DNA of 64,000 nt from Anolis carolinensis (GCF_035594765.1 NC_085842.1:22544782-22608781), one strand, 5' to 3'. Numbered from the stretch's first letter, positions 38,675 through 52,460 are shown. The notes: generated from the sequence alone by a model not told the origin. Program-made: numbers and translations.

Positions 38675-39345
38675 GGCCTATCCAGGAGTTCCGGAGGCCC
38701 CTGACGAATGCCGAGCGGATGCGCAACCGACGGATGCGCAACCGGAAGCAGCGTCTGGAGACCAGCATGCAGCTCGTGGAATCAGCCTCTCGGGCGCCCT
38801 CGATGCTTCTGGACGCCATGCGCGGGCTGCACCACCAGGACCTGAAAGCCTTCGACCGGGCCAGGCAGGAGGAATGGCAGCACCGCAAGCAGGAAAGGTG
38901 CCAAGACCGAGCCACATCCCAGTTAATGGTCAGTGCTCTTGAGCGCTCCCACAGCGACCTGGGGCAGTTCTTGGGGAGGCAAACTGTGACCATGGCAGCC
39001 ATTGCAGCAGTTTTTGCCGGCCGGAGGTCTCCCTCGCATGGAACTCATCGTGGACATGGTGCTCACCTGGACCACAATAATCCGCCAGAATCCAGAACTC
39101 CACTACAACCTGGCCATGTGCCTGGTATGCCTTCAGAGCCCACGTCTGGACCCGTAATCCCGTGTCCGGTGCCTCCCTTGGCCACACCTGGTGGCGTTTG
39201 CGACCCCATTCCTGAACCATCTCCAACAGACAGCCCTCAGGAGGATGCAGCTCCCGACTCCCCAACACCATCCACTTCAGATGCCACCTCACGGACACTT
39301 GACACAAGACTGAACAGAGGGACAAAAAGGAAGATGTGGGAATAG
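38675..39345 (+). CDS. Gene C last exon: basic helix + predicted coiled coil + Pro-rich tail, no zinc fingers
   Basis: Pyrimidine-rich acceptor ...CTGCACGCAG|GG (phase 1), 671-nt open frame, CpG-rich; AATAAA at 39912. Confidence 0.75.
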
Positions 39346-42300
39346 TATGATTGTCATTCCTTGGAGTTTTAGTCACATGTTGACATAGCTTCCACCACAG
39401 ACAGGGTCAACAGGATGGTATTCTGCCCTTGTCCTATTTTTCAAATGTATCCTGCTATTATCCCATTTCAACTACCATACCTTTTCAACTATCATCTTTA
39501 GGCATCTGTAAAATGGGAATAATCAGCCTGCCTTGCAAGGTGGTTGTGAGTGTGCAACTGTGTAGCCATTTCATTCTACTTTCTAAGTCTTTGAAGGGGG
39601 GTGGGGAAGGGGGAAATTTTCCAGAACATTATTTATTTCTGGAAAATTATTTCTTTTTTGTGATCCTTCTCAGAATCTGGCCTATAGGGGATTTTGTTAA
39701 GGACTGATGAAGAAACCAAATTTTCCATGCCCTGCAAAAGCAACACTACACTACATCTCAGGGCCCACGTTGGCCCTACAATTGTTTTTTTCTTTCTATT
39801 TTATTTATTATATTTGTTATAAAAGTCTGTAACATACTTGTTATACTCAGGTTGACAAGCAACAGCGAATACCCCCCTGACTGCAGTTAATATACAGTAA
39901 AATGACAGCTCAATAAAAGGTGAGATGATAAAACTACCTGTTTTGAGATTTAAAAACAAAGCTGGAGAATGAAAAACATACAGTTGTCACTCCATATTTG
40001 TGGGTTTTACATCTGTGGATTTGATGAAAATGTTCTCTATAGAAATCTATAGCTCATCCAGTGTGATGCTACAGTTGTTATGCTGAAAGTTCTAATGATT
40101 CCTAAGTAGAATATCTTTCTAGTAATCTCAGGGTCCCCCAGTGCGATTCTTTGGACAATTTGTGGTAGTTTTTAACATTAGCAATTTTTCCACTTTTGTA
40201 GTGGGTCCTTCATCCCTATCCCTAGCAAACGTGAAGGTCTGACTGCATTGTTTTTATGCTGTTGGAGCTAGCCCATAAGGAAAGTTGCTATTAAATGATC
40301 ACTATTATGCCCTTTTTGCCGGAAACAAATCTGTTCCAAACCCTAATATTTTTTTAAAAGATGAAGCAAGATGGCACTCCCATCAATCCCATATAGCTAC
40401 TGGACTTGCATTTTGCATGAAACATCATTCAACGTAATGGATGCAATTTGCTTCTAGATCTTATAGCTGCAAATACATTACAACCCCTGTATCCCCATGT
40501 CTGACAAATTGTGTCCTCTCTAGCTATTTTCTAAATCCTCCAGCACAACTGTGGTATTCTAGAAATTCTAGAAATTCTTTGGGGTTGTTTAGTGTTTTCT
40601 GGGAAGTATGGCCGTGTACCAGAAGTACTCTCTCCTGGCGTTTCACCCAAATCTATGGCAGGCATCCTCAGAGGTTGTGAGGTGTATATATTACTATCAG
40701 AGGTTGTACACACTAATGCCCAGTTACTACAGCCAGCATAGCCAAGGGCTGGTGTGATGGGGTTTTGCAGTCCTAAAGATCTCAAGGTGTTCGGGGGACC
40801 TGCTGCCGTTCCTCCAGGATATTTGCTGCCTGCTCCCTTATGGCAGGCATGAGCAAACCTTGGCCCTCCAGGTCTTTTGGACTTCAATTCCCGCAATTCC
40901 TAACAGCCAACAGGCTGTTCAAGTCCAAAACACCTGGAGGGCTGAAGTTTGCCCATGCCTGCCTTATGGCCTATGGACGAGTGTCTCCAAGTCTTTGTCT
41001 CTCCAGATGTTCTGAACTTCGGATCCCAGAATCGTTGGCCATTGACCATGGTGCTTATATTTTTGGATGCTGAAGGCCAAAAAACACCTGGAAGGCCATC
41101 AATTGAGGACCATTGTAACCCTAGCATTTTTGGGCTTCATCTCCTCTTCTCGGAACTGCAATCTCCATTAGCCCAGTGCTGGAGGTTGTAGTTCCAACAT
41201 CAGGAGAGCTAAACAATTCCCACCCTCTTTTGCAAATTCTTCTCTTAGAACCAAGCAGTTGATAACCTTCCCATTGCAGGTTTGAAAACCAAATTGATGA
41301 AAGGAGAAAAAAATCAAGTTTGTGGAAAACAAACAAAAGTGTTAACAAAACAAAAAATAAACAATTCTGGGATCAGAATTGTAAAATGATGTATCTAGTT
41401 CTCTTGTCATAAATCTCAAGGGAACTCAGTCATGAAACCCACTGGTTGACTTTGAGGAAGTCACACTCTCCACCTCAGAGGAAGACAAAAGCAAAGCTCT
41501 CCTGAGCAAAATTTACGAAAAAAACAACCCATGTGACAGGTTTGCCAAAGGATCACCATAGATCAGAAACTACCTGAAGGCGCACAATGACAACAAGATG
41601 CAGGTTGCTAGAAATAAACTTATTTATAATCCAATTCTAAAATTGGAACATGCTGCATGTACACAAAGAACAACAAAAATGAAGAAATCGGGACAAGGAA
41701 ATATTAGTGCTTTGTTATTATAATGTTGCTGAGTTTACCTCATTCAGTGTTACTTCTCCTTTTTTCGAAAAAGAAAAAAACGCCCTCACACTTCGTCTAC
41801 TATTGCAAAATACTGTAAGGCCGTGGCCGCTTGTGGCCAGGCATTCCCTTTTGACAGGGCAAATTTTTGCCACAATTTCTGTGTGGGAGGTCATGTTTCT
41901 ACCAATAGATCCCCACACTGGAGATTAGAGAACTACAACTTCTTTTGCAATCCACCATTCCTTACTGGTCGTTTTCTGTGATCCCCAACAAGGGGAAAGG
42001 CTGTGCACAAAAGCAATGTCAACAAAACAATAGCCTGATTTTTACTGTGTGAAACATGACAAGGATCGGGTCTTTTGTCAGCAAAACTAAAAAAAAGTAA
42101 AAAAAAAACCAGTTAGCCCTCCATATGTGCTGGGTTTAGGAGCTCAAGAGCCTCATGAAAATGAAAAACTGTAAATTACCCCTTTTTACCATAGAACACT
42201 TCTCTAGGAATTTCTAGGTCTTCCAGGATTAACCTATGTCCAACTTCTGCTGGAAGCTGAACAGAGCATTACATTGAGAACCTAGAGATTCCTAGTGAGA

Positions 42301-44077
42301 GCATTTTAAATCAAATCTGTGAATAACACTATGTAATACAATTTATAAATGCCATTTAATAATTGATTCTATTATGAAAACTTTGATAAAGTTTGTGAAA
42401 CACCAAAAACTTTGTTTTTATGGGAGGGACATCGTGCAGCACATTTTGCTATAGTTTTTCAATGAGTCTAAACCGTGAGGAGCTGTGGTGGTGCAATGAG
42501 TTAAACCCTTGTGCTGCCTGAACTGCTGACCTGAAGGTTGGGTTGCAGGCCTGAAGGTTGCCAGTTTGAATCTACGAGACGGGGTGAGCTCCTGCCTGTC
42601 AGTTCTAGCTTACTGGGACATGAGAGAAGCCTCACAGCAGGATGGTAACACATTCAGGCATCCCCTGGGCAACGTCTCTGTAGACGGCCAATTCTCTCAC
42701 ATCAGAAATGACTTGCAGTATGTTCTCAAGACGCTTCTGACACAATTAAAAATAAATCGAGTCTCAAACAATTCAACATAGTTTGCGGCAGCCACAAAAA
42801 CGAAGTTTCTGGAGTATAACAACTACTTTCAAAGTAAATATCACACAATTAAACCGGAAATAATACTTTCAAGCCAGGAACAGAAAATTTTTCAAATTTT
42901 GTTACGCAGTGTAATTAAATTCACAAAAGTCAAACCTGCAAATGTGGAGGGATAACAGCAAAGCAGGCTTGATTTGAATAGCGCATCTCAGCCTCCGATG
43001 TTTGGAGGTTGATATGAATCCAGTTTTTTTTGTGTCAGGAGAAACTGCAAGTTGCTTCTGATGTGAGAGAATTGGCCGTCGGCTAGATTGTTGCCCAAGG
43101 GACGCCCGGATGTTTGATGCTTACCATCCTTGTGGGAGGCTTCTCTTATGTCCCTGCAAGGAGAGCTGGAGCTGACAGAGGGAGCTCATCTGTGCTCTCA
43201 GCAGATTCGAACCAGCAATCTTCAGGTCAGCAGTCCTGCTGGTACAAGAGTTTAACCCATTGCGCCCCCAGGGACTCCATGAATCCAGGTGAATCAAAAT
43301 GTTTACCTTAAAATCAAGGAATGTCAACAACATAGCCGAGTTCTCTGTCTGGATATGGCAAACAAGTGCAATTGCATATTTTTGTATAACAAATTCTGCT
43401 TATCTACATATTTACTTGCAGATGTCTGCCCACAATGCTGACCCTCTATCTCCTGACTGCACATAACCATGCTCAGATTTATGAGATTCTGGAACTTGGC
43501 ATTTTCAAGGTTCCTAGGCTAGAAACTTGTCAAGGTGAATTGCATCCCTATATTATTATTATTTTACTTTTGCAGTTCAGTAGTAGAATGCACACAGCTT
43601 TAGCTTGAGTGACATTTTGATATTCTGTCTTTTGGCCAAATAGTATGATCATAATATTAGCCTATTTCCTGGGCAACAACACAAAACATGCACATGAATT
43701 AACACATCTGTTTTGTAATAAAGATAAAACATTAAAATGTTAATGTTTTAGTTAAGGATCTTTCTCCACATTCCATGTGATTCATATTGATGTGAGGAGT
43801 AAGTGGCTGCTAAACTAAAAATCCTTTTGGACTTTTAAGGGTGCATCCACACTGTAGAATTAACGCAGTTTGACATCACTTTAACTGCCATAGCTCAATA
43901 GTATAGAATCCTGGGAGTTGTGGTTTTACAGGGTCTTTAGCTTTCTTTGCCAAAGGATTCTCATGACTCACCAAATGACGACTCCCATGAGCACTAAGCT
44001 ATGGCAGTTAAAGTGGTGTCAAACTTTATCAATTTAACAGTGGGATAGAGATTATCCCAAAGTGCATTTCAACTCTG

Positions 44078-44220
44078 TCAGTCTCTTTTCACGCCATCTG
44101 GGCAAGGCTGTGCACAGGTTGTAGGCTTCTTCCAAACGTAGCCTCCTTTTCTGGCAAATTCAACATTCAGAGATGAAACAAGAAGTTTGAAGGCTGGTGT
44201 GTCTGTGTATTGTAACCCAT
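44078..44220 (-). CDS. Possible short terminal exon of gene D
   Basis: Strong acceptor TTTCTCCTTTTTCTCTCCATCCCACAG|AT. The phase-1 frame is open for 47 codons (DGLQYTDTPAF...GVKRD*). No recognisable domain. Confidence 0.4.
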
Positions 44221-44346
44221 CTGTGGGATGGAGAGAAAAAGGAGAAATCACGTAAAACTGGAGTACATGTGGATGTGCCTAAATTACCAATCAATTTACA
44301 GCAACCCCATGAATTTAATGGGGCTCTCTTAGGCAAGGGAGACTCA

Positions 44347-44494
44347 GGCCCTTTCTACACTGCCATATAAAATCCAGATTATCTGCTTTGAACTGGATTA
44401 TATGGCAGTGTAGACTCATATAATCCAGTTTAAAGCAGGTAATATGGATTATCTGCTTTTATAATCTGTATTATATGGCAGTGTAGAGGGGGCA
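44347..44494. mobile_element. PIF/Harbinger-type MITE (relatives at ~25309-25454 and 1677-1750; a longer related family at ~30300-30506, 43839-44045 and 59011-59230)
   Basis: TIR GGCCC(C/T)TTCTACACTGCC; 3-bp TCA duplication. Confidence 0.7.
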
Positions 44495-44504
44495 TCAGAG
44501 ACGG

Positions 44505-44700
44505 TTTTGCACCAGATCCCAACTGATCTTGGAAGCTAAGCAGGGACAGCTCAGGTTAGAACTTGGATGCGAGACCGCCGATGAATACCAGGCACTATTG
44601 GGTATATTGGGGAAGAAGGAAGTGGCCTTGGGAATTCCTTGCTTAAGAAAACCATGGTCTGTGTCACTGCAAATAGACACACAACTTGATGGCACACACT
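44505..44700 (+). mobile_element. 5S rRNA-derived SINE
   Basis: TGATCTTGGAAGCTAAGCAGGG...ACTTGGATGCGAGACCGCC..GAATACCAGG matches the 5S internal control region, followed by a non-5S tail. Confidence 0.75.
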
Positions 44701-45899
44701 TCACACTGCCAAAGGGACACACACAAATACACGGGTCTAACACAAACAGCAGTTCCTCCAATAGCCAGCAAGGACCCACACTTGGTAAAGATCTTTGCTC
44801 CAGTCCTATGTCCACACTTCCAGTTTGACCAACAAATACCTTTCTTCTTGGTATGCTAACTTTCTATGTATAGGGAACCTTGGTTTGCATAGAAGAGTAT
44901 TCAGCCACGTGAGCCCTTGCAATATGAGGGGGTACAATTGAAGGTTTATCACCTCACCCTTGTCATACGAGAAGCTGGTTATGGCACTGATGTCTGCCAT
45001 CCTCTTACCACTTCCCCAGTAATCATAAAAACATTTTTCCAGAAGTAATCACCACTTACCTGGGTGCTTTAGGACAGTCCTGGGCCATCTTAGGCCCTCC
45101 AGGTGTTTTGGATTTAAACTCCCACAATTCCTAACAGCCTACATGCTGTTAGGAATTGTAGGAGTTGAAGTCCAAAACAGTGCCCAAGTCTGATCTAGGG
45201 ACTACATTTGACCCTCCACAGTTATGGGTTGGACTTTTATTTTATTTTTATTACTTACATGATACATGACCAACAACATAAACACATTAAGATACACCTG
45301 TGATTCTAAGATGCACCCCATTTTTGGAGATGTTTATACAGGCTTAAAGTGCATCTTAGAATTGAAGAAATACAGTATTTGCGGATTTGACTAAAAATGT
45401 TATCTCTAGGAAATTCTAGATCAGGCATACCATTCTTTTCTTGGGTGTCTGAAGGACTCACGTCCATTACCAGCTGTGGCTCTAGACTTTAGGGAATCTT
45501 CTCTATTGGCGTGAGCTGGAAACACACCTGGCTCCTCCACTTCAAGGCTTCTCTGTTGAGGATTTTCCTTTAAGTGCTCAATTGTCACGCTGTCCCCTAA
45601 TACAAAAAAGAAAATTCAGGTGTGGCGCCATCACCTCACCTTCTAATTTTTACTCAATTTGATAGCAACAATATAAAGGGTAAAGCAGATAGATCAAACA
45701 CTTGAATTCAATTGGCATAAAGGACAACACATCATTCTACAAATCTAAATAAATAATGAAGTGCAAGGGTGTATAAGTGTGGTTAGACATACTTATCTGC
45801 CATGACTACATACTATGGAATAATGGCATTTGCAGTTTGGTGAGGCAATTTGTGGAGCTCCAGAACCTGTTTTCTAGAGGCCATGGGAAGTCCTTCAAC

Positions 45900-47438
45900 A
45901 TCTGACCCACCTACCTTAGAAACCGCATCTCCCCCTACGAACCCGCACGTTCTCTTTGCTCGTCGGGGGAGGCCCTTCTCTCGCTCCCACCACCCTCACA
46001 GTCACGGTTGGTGGGGACGAGAGAGAGGGCCTTCTCTGTTGTGGCCCCCCGGCTTTGGAACTCTCTTCCTAGAGAGATCAGGCAGGCCCCTACCCTCCTC
46101 TCCTTTCGTAGGAGCTTAAAAACCTGGCTCTTCCAAAAGGCCTTTGATACCTAATTTGATGTTGGACTGTGTGATGTCTCATGGGCCTTGTAGTCCCGTT
46201 CCTAGTACTATTGTGGCAGACGAAGAGGAAAACATGGGATTTACACCGTTTCAGCCAGAAACGGAGCCCCTGCACCTGCAGGATGTTTGCCCTCAAGAAG
46301 TTAGCCAAACAAGCCTTGGGCAGAATTCTCCCCCGTTTTCTCGAAAGGACAATTATAATAAAGATAGAGGCGCTAGGGAGGCGAATCGCCGGAGCGCCAG
46401 AATCGCAGCCAAACAATTAGCTGATTAGGTCTGCTTCCCTTGGGAAATTCTTAGGAGTCATGCATCTGGACAGAGTTGAGTTTCATTTCTAGTTCTCCAG
46501 GGAAAATGTTATTCTGGCGGGAAGCGAGACCCTATTTAGGTGTTTTCCCGCGAAGGAAATCTTGCGGAGTCAACTCGTCAGCTTGTGGAGTGAGATCGTG
46601 TGTGGACTTCGTAATCCCAGCTCCTCGTTCCCGGACCAAGTTTCAAGCCGCCTTGTTTCACGGACCTTGCCACGGACCTTGTTCTTGTTCCTTGTTGCCT
46701 CGTATCAAGTCTTGCTTAGCCAAGTATCTAGTTGTTTTCCAGCTTTGTTGTCAAGCCTCCATGGACTAAAAGACCTTGTCATCTCCCCACACTTTGCTTG
46801 GCAAAGTGTGTGTTTCGGTTATTGGATTATAACTTTGGACTCTAATATCACATATTGGACATTGTTTTCCTTGACTATATTTGACCTTTCCTGAAAGGTC
46901 TACTTCTGAACTATATTCTTCACTTGTTTTTATTGACTTTATATATTTCCTTAATAAAGATATTAGATAGATTCTGGTCTCTGCGCATGGTTATTGGTGC
47001 TCCGCAGCCTGGGTCCTGACAGACTGATCCATTTGCCCATTTTATAATAGCCCCCATTTCGAGATGTTGCCAATGCTATTTTGCACTTTATTGTCCATTT
47101 CTACCGGCACATTCTGTTCTGGATTTTATGAATTAGTCTCCTGTTTTAATATTGTATGTTTTTCGTATGCTTCTTGCCGATTTTAACCATTGTTTTATTG
47201 CTATTGATGTTTTACTGGTATAATTGTTTTATAGTCGTGTTACTGATATTGATTGTTTTATCGGGCTAGGCCCCATGTAAGCCGCCCCGAGTCCCTTCGG
47301 GGAGATGGGGCGGGGTATAAAAATAAGTTTATTATTATTATTATTATTCAGCTTGCTAACTGTCCTATGTTGTTTGGGCCTCTGCCCCATGTAAGCTGCC
47401 CCGAGTCCCCGCGTGGAGATGGTGGCGGGGCATAAATA

Positions 47439-47482
<44 letters not shown>
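45900..47482 (+). mobile_element. L2 LINE 3' fragment (split by the LTR) with a duplicated 3' terminus
   Basis: Translates to YLRNRISPYEPARSL...GTRERAFSVVAPRLWNSLPREIR...LKTWLF (L2 ORF2 C-terminus); GTAAGCCGCCCCGAGTCCC...(TAT)n tail occurs twice. Confidence 0.8.
46170..47021 (+). mobile_element. Solo LTR inserted in an L2 3' end
   Basis: TG...CA termini, 5-bp target duplication GACTG, AATAAA near 46953. Confidence 0.85.
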
Positions 47483-47501
47483 TGTGCAGAAAGAAGGCCC
47501 T

Positions 47502-48187
47502 TTACATCTGAACTATTGGGGAGCTTTCTCTTACATTTCCCCCACCTGGATGGTTTCCATCTGGGTGTTCAGGAAAAGACGAACTGTCGTAGAGGCTTTC
47601 CCCACTGTCAAAATACTTGTAGGCGTTGTCCCCCAAGTGGGTCCTCTGATGTTTAGTCAGGTAGGGTCTCCACCGGAAGCTCTCCCCACATTGCAGGCAC
47701 TTGTAGGGCTTCTCCCCCGTGTGGATTCTCAGGTGTTCGGTAAGGGTGGAGCGGCGGTTGAAGCTCCGTCCACACTTGGGGCACTCGTAGGGCTTCTCCC
47801 CTGTATGGATGCGGAGATGCGCATTGAGGTGGGTGCTCTGGAAGAACCGCTTGCCACATGCCAGGCACTCAAAAGGCTTCTCCCCCGTGTGGGTCCGGTG
47901 ATGCTTCACCAGTTCAAACTTGTACTGGAAGGCTTTGCCACACTCATGGCACACGTGTTTCTTTTCAACCTGCACAATCTTAAGCTGGCTGACATCGGTC
48001 ACATCATTTCCTTCAGGGAGAGCTGCTGCTTCAGTCTTTATTGGTTTCTCAAGTGGGTGAGTCTCCAAGTCTTGCTTGACAACTTGCGTCTCAGCGTTAA
48101 GCATCACCCTGTCGTGCTGCATCACCAACTCGGAGGCTGCGTGATGAGAATTTGTCTCTGCAGTACCATTCCTTACAGGGTCACTAT
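47502..48187 (-). CDS. Gene D zinc-finger exon II (paralogous duplicate, 4 C2H2 fingers + degenerate fifth)
   Basis: TCTTCCCTTCAG|AT phase-1 acceptor; fingers 2-4 nearly identical to exon I; no separate KRAB or SCAN exon seen between the two. Confidence 0.85.
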
Positions 48188-48478
48188 CTGAAGGGAAGAT
48201 AAAAGCAAGAGAAAATACGATGCAATAAGTCCAGAAAAGACTCAATTTTAGACACCAGCATTTTCTGATTTGATTATTTGAGTTCATTAATAGTTTCTCT
48301 CGAGGAATTTCTAAGGGCACATCTACACTGCAGAATTAATGCAGTTTGACATCACTTTTATTGGGTTAATTGTGTTATGGCTTTGTGATTGATATTTGAT
48401 TGTTGTATCGGGCAAGGCCCCATGTGAGCCCCCCCGAGTCCCTTCAGGGAGATGGGGCGGGGTATAAAAATAAAGTTG

Positions 48479-48530
<52 letters not shown>

Positions 48531-48690
48531 TTTAACTGCCATGGCTCAATGGGAATTGTAGCTTGGTGAGGCACCAACACACATTTGACAAGAAAGGCTA
48601 AAGAACTTGTAAAACTACCACTTTATGTTTCCATAGCCTTGAGGCATGGTTAGTCAACGTGATGTCAGAACAAACCATTGAGGAAACTTG

Positions 48691-49418
48691 TGTTGTAGCT
48701 CAGCAAGCATCAAGAGGATTCTGATGGGTCAGAGAATGAGTGGAATGATGGGTTTCAAAGTGAGAAGTCTGTGAGTGATTGGAGAGAGTTGCAAGTAGAT
48801 GAAACCAAAGTTGTGGACTCCTGTGCTCGTTCCCAGGAACAAGGGGAAGTTCTAGTTCCCTTAAGAAAAGGCCCTGGGCCGATGGGGAATGTTCTTGGGA
48901 AACTAGATTTGGCCTGAGAACACAAGGAGTGAAAAAAAGACAAACGAGGTATTCTCAGAGAATCTGAGATAAGACCTTGAAGACTAGGTGTGTTTGACAT
49001 GATTTCATGGGTGCCTGGATGAACTTAAGTGGTGTGGGCTTAAAACCTCTCAGAAGAGACAACGTTGCCATAAGGGATGGTTCTCCTGTCCCTGCTCTCG
49101 AGTCTTTGATTCAAGTATTCTCAAGTTTCCTGTTCTGGTTTATGCCTTTGTTTCCTGAAAGGGTTTACATGGGAAAAATTCCTGTTTTCATGTTTCTGGA
49201 TTTATGTATGAAGAACTGCTGTGGATTTTGGTTGCCTTAACTTTAGGTACTTTGGCATTTTTGGATTACTGCTATTTTGTACTTTCTATTCTACTGACTC
49301 TTTTGGCCTTGCCCTTTCCCCCTTGTTTATTTGATTTCTTTAATAATTTTTTTAGTTAGAATTACTGGACTCTGGTGTGCTGCTGGGTGAAAAGATGTTT
49401 CAGTGCTAGAGTGCAACA
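48691..49418 (+). mobile_element. Probable solo LTR
   Basis: TGTTG...CAACA termini; flanks ACTTG/GCTTG (5-bp duplication with 1 mismatch). Confidence 0.65.
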
Positions 49419-52400
49419 GCTTGCCACAGATGCAGGTGAAACGTCAGGAGAAAATGCTACTGGAACATGGCCATGCAGCCCTAAAAAACTCACAGTAACC
49501 CAGTGATGTCTGAACCTGAACCCTTCTGCATATATGACTAATAATCCATGTACACATTTTCATAATTCCAGACCCCACATTTTACTCTGCTCAGGATGGA
49601 AGAGGATACAGGCTTTCAGATTATAACATGTTTCCATGTTATAACCTGAAATTACACAGCCTTCTACATATTACTAAATTATAGGTCCCATTACAACCAA
49701 CAGTGAGGAAGACAGTTGGATACAACCAACCATAGATTTGGCTGCTCCCTCCTTTTCTCTCATTGCTGAGAGAGACCAATTGCCAGAGTTCATGGCAGGG
49801 TTCATTTGCAGCAGTTGATAATACTGGTTTGTTATCTGCTTAATATGTATTTTATACAGTTGGTCCTCTACATTTGCTGATTTAACTTTGGCGGATTTGA
49901 TTAATATGGTCTCTCGAAAGATCTGTAGATTCTCCAGCACAACACTATGATCAACTTCTGGCAGACATTGACCATGGAATCGTACTGGAGGATCTAGAGA
50001 TTCCTAGAGAGATGTTCTCTCATGTAAACAAAAATAATGTTTCTTATTTGCAGTTTTCCTGTTTCCCAGCGAATATGGAGGGCTGACCACACAAGAGGCT
50101 TCTGAGAACTTATGGATTTCGGAATCCACATGGCCCCCTGGAAATCAATCCTCCATTGCCGACTGTACTGGGAAATAAAGCCTCATGACTTTTGGAAGCT
50201 GAATCAGATTTTATGCAGCATTATAAATAATTTCTATAAAAGCTTGTATACACTGAATCACCAGAAAGCAAAGGTGACACTTTCTCAGTAACCCATATGG
50301 AAAAATTTAGAGTATGTTGGATTTCAGAAACCCTGACAGTTGGCCATCCAGTCTCTGTTTAAAAACCTCCAGAGGAGGAGACGTCATCATCACACTCTGA
50401 GGCAGCAATATGTCATATTAAAATTATGTATAGATTTGATACAATGCGGATTTTATATGTGTGGGTATGAATGAACTGAATGAAAGGAATAATGTTGGAG
50501 ACTCCATTTTGAAGATTAAGGCCTGTAATGACTAAACCATTAACTACTTGCTTGATGAATTGTAATTAAAACCTGCTAATGAGAACTGAAATGGCTGACA
50601 TGTCCTAGTAAACTGTGGTAAGAACTGTAACAGTGATAAGAGAAATGTTTATATCTGTTTACATCTTCAATATTTACTGACCAGAAACCATTAAGAAGGA
50701 AGCCAACACAAGGCTCCTTACATTTATCAACGCCAATTAAGGAGAGTCAACATCTGTCATGAACTGAGATGAAGCCACGATGTTGCAGGCTGGAAAAACA
50801 CCTATCATTCATTTACAACTTTGGAACAACATCAGATTAATATTCCTATAAAAGACTCAATCTAATAATTCTCAAGTGTGACAGACAGCTGTGGTGTTCA
50901 CCTTCCATGCTCTGCTCCATGGGAAGAGAGAGATGGTGTATGTACAGTAGACTCTCACTTATCCAAGTTTCACTTATCCAAGGTTCTGTATTATCCAGTC
51001 TGCCTTTTAATAGTCATTGTTTTTGTAGTAAATGTTGCAATATTTTGGTGCTAAATTCGTAAATACAGTAATTACTACATAATATTACTGTGTATTGAAC
51101 TGCTTTTTCTGTCAACTTCTTGTAAAACATGATGTTTTGGTGCTTAATTTGTAAAATCATAATGTACTTTTATGTTTAATAGGCTTTTTTCTTAATCCCT
51201 CCTTATTATCCAAGATTTTCGCTCATCCAATGTTCTGCCAGCCCGTTTATCTTGGATAAGTGAGACTCTACTGTATTTGCAAGACAACACATCTGCAATG
51301 GAACATAGAGTCTGGTCGCTGCCTCTTTCTCAGGCTGGAAGGGAAGGAGTGCATTTTGGAAAAGTATTGTGCATATTTGGGAGTTTCATATCTGCAATGG
51401 AAAGCAGAAGTCTGGTCACTTGCTTCTTCCTCAGGGAAAGGATGTGTTTTGACATTTTGGAAGTTTTGGAATTATGCATTGGCAGGATGCAGGCAAATCA
51501 GGGTCTGGCCTAAGCAGGTTTTTCTCCAAGGAGGGAGAAAGGATATGGTAATATTTGGATGTATGCATAAGGATGAATGAACGTGTATGTGTAATGTGAA
51601 TGCTGAGTAAATATGTAATTCCCCTTTGTTTGTTAGCCAATGTAACTGCAGGTTCTTTGTGGATTCAATGTAATTACATAGAATCTGTATGTCTGTATGT
51701 CTAATGTTCTTTGTGTAAAAGTGTAAAAGTTCTAATACTCTTTCTCTTATTGGAAATGTTAGGTTTTATAATGTATTGAGTCATGCACTGCTAATGGGCT
51801 TCTATTGGGAATGCTGATTGATTGTATATGAGGAATCATTTGGGGAATGTGTTTGGGCCTACTCCAGGTGATTGTCAATGATGCAATCCTGAGTTTGGGT
51901 TGGGTCAATTAGTTGGTAACCAATCAAGGATTACTATGTGTAAATGTATTATATATAAGGAACCATGTTCAGTGTATTTTCCCTCTCCCTTTCCTTTTGA
52001 TGTTGTGAAGTCTATACGCAATTAAACCTGTCTACTAGGACAAGATACTACGTTCTGTGGTGAGTCTGTAATATCATCTAGACTAGGGGAAAAACAGTAG
52101 TAAAAACTGACAATGGCCGGGCATATGCTCAAGTGTCTACTATGGAAGCAGACTGGAAGACTGAAAGTACTGAGTAGGTGTAAGCTACTGGAAGGCGCTG
52201 AGACTCTGCAAGTATAAAGTTAAATCTTATCAGGAAATTTGCAATAAAAGAACCTATGCTTTAAAGTTATTCATAACAGTATATTCCATAACCGAACAGC
52301 TCTTAGCATCAGAATGTTCACTCTAACGTTAGGTGGAATCCTTTTCATTTCAATTTGAACCCATTGCTCTGTGTCCTAGTCTCCAGAGCAGCAGAAAGGC

Positions 52401-52460
52401 AAGCTGGCCCCTTCCTCAATATGATATCCTTTCAAATATAATCACAGAATAAAATAATAA

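Noticed and set aside
44505-44605. 5S rRNA gene
   Set aside because: Diverged, lacks the 5S 5' end and oligo-T terminator, and continues into a SINE tail.
50411-52278. Possible LTR-like segments (also ~16400-16927, 20862-21470, 55794-56461)
   Set aside because: TG/CA-like ends are present but target duplications and boundaries could not be established by eye.
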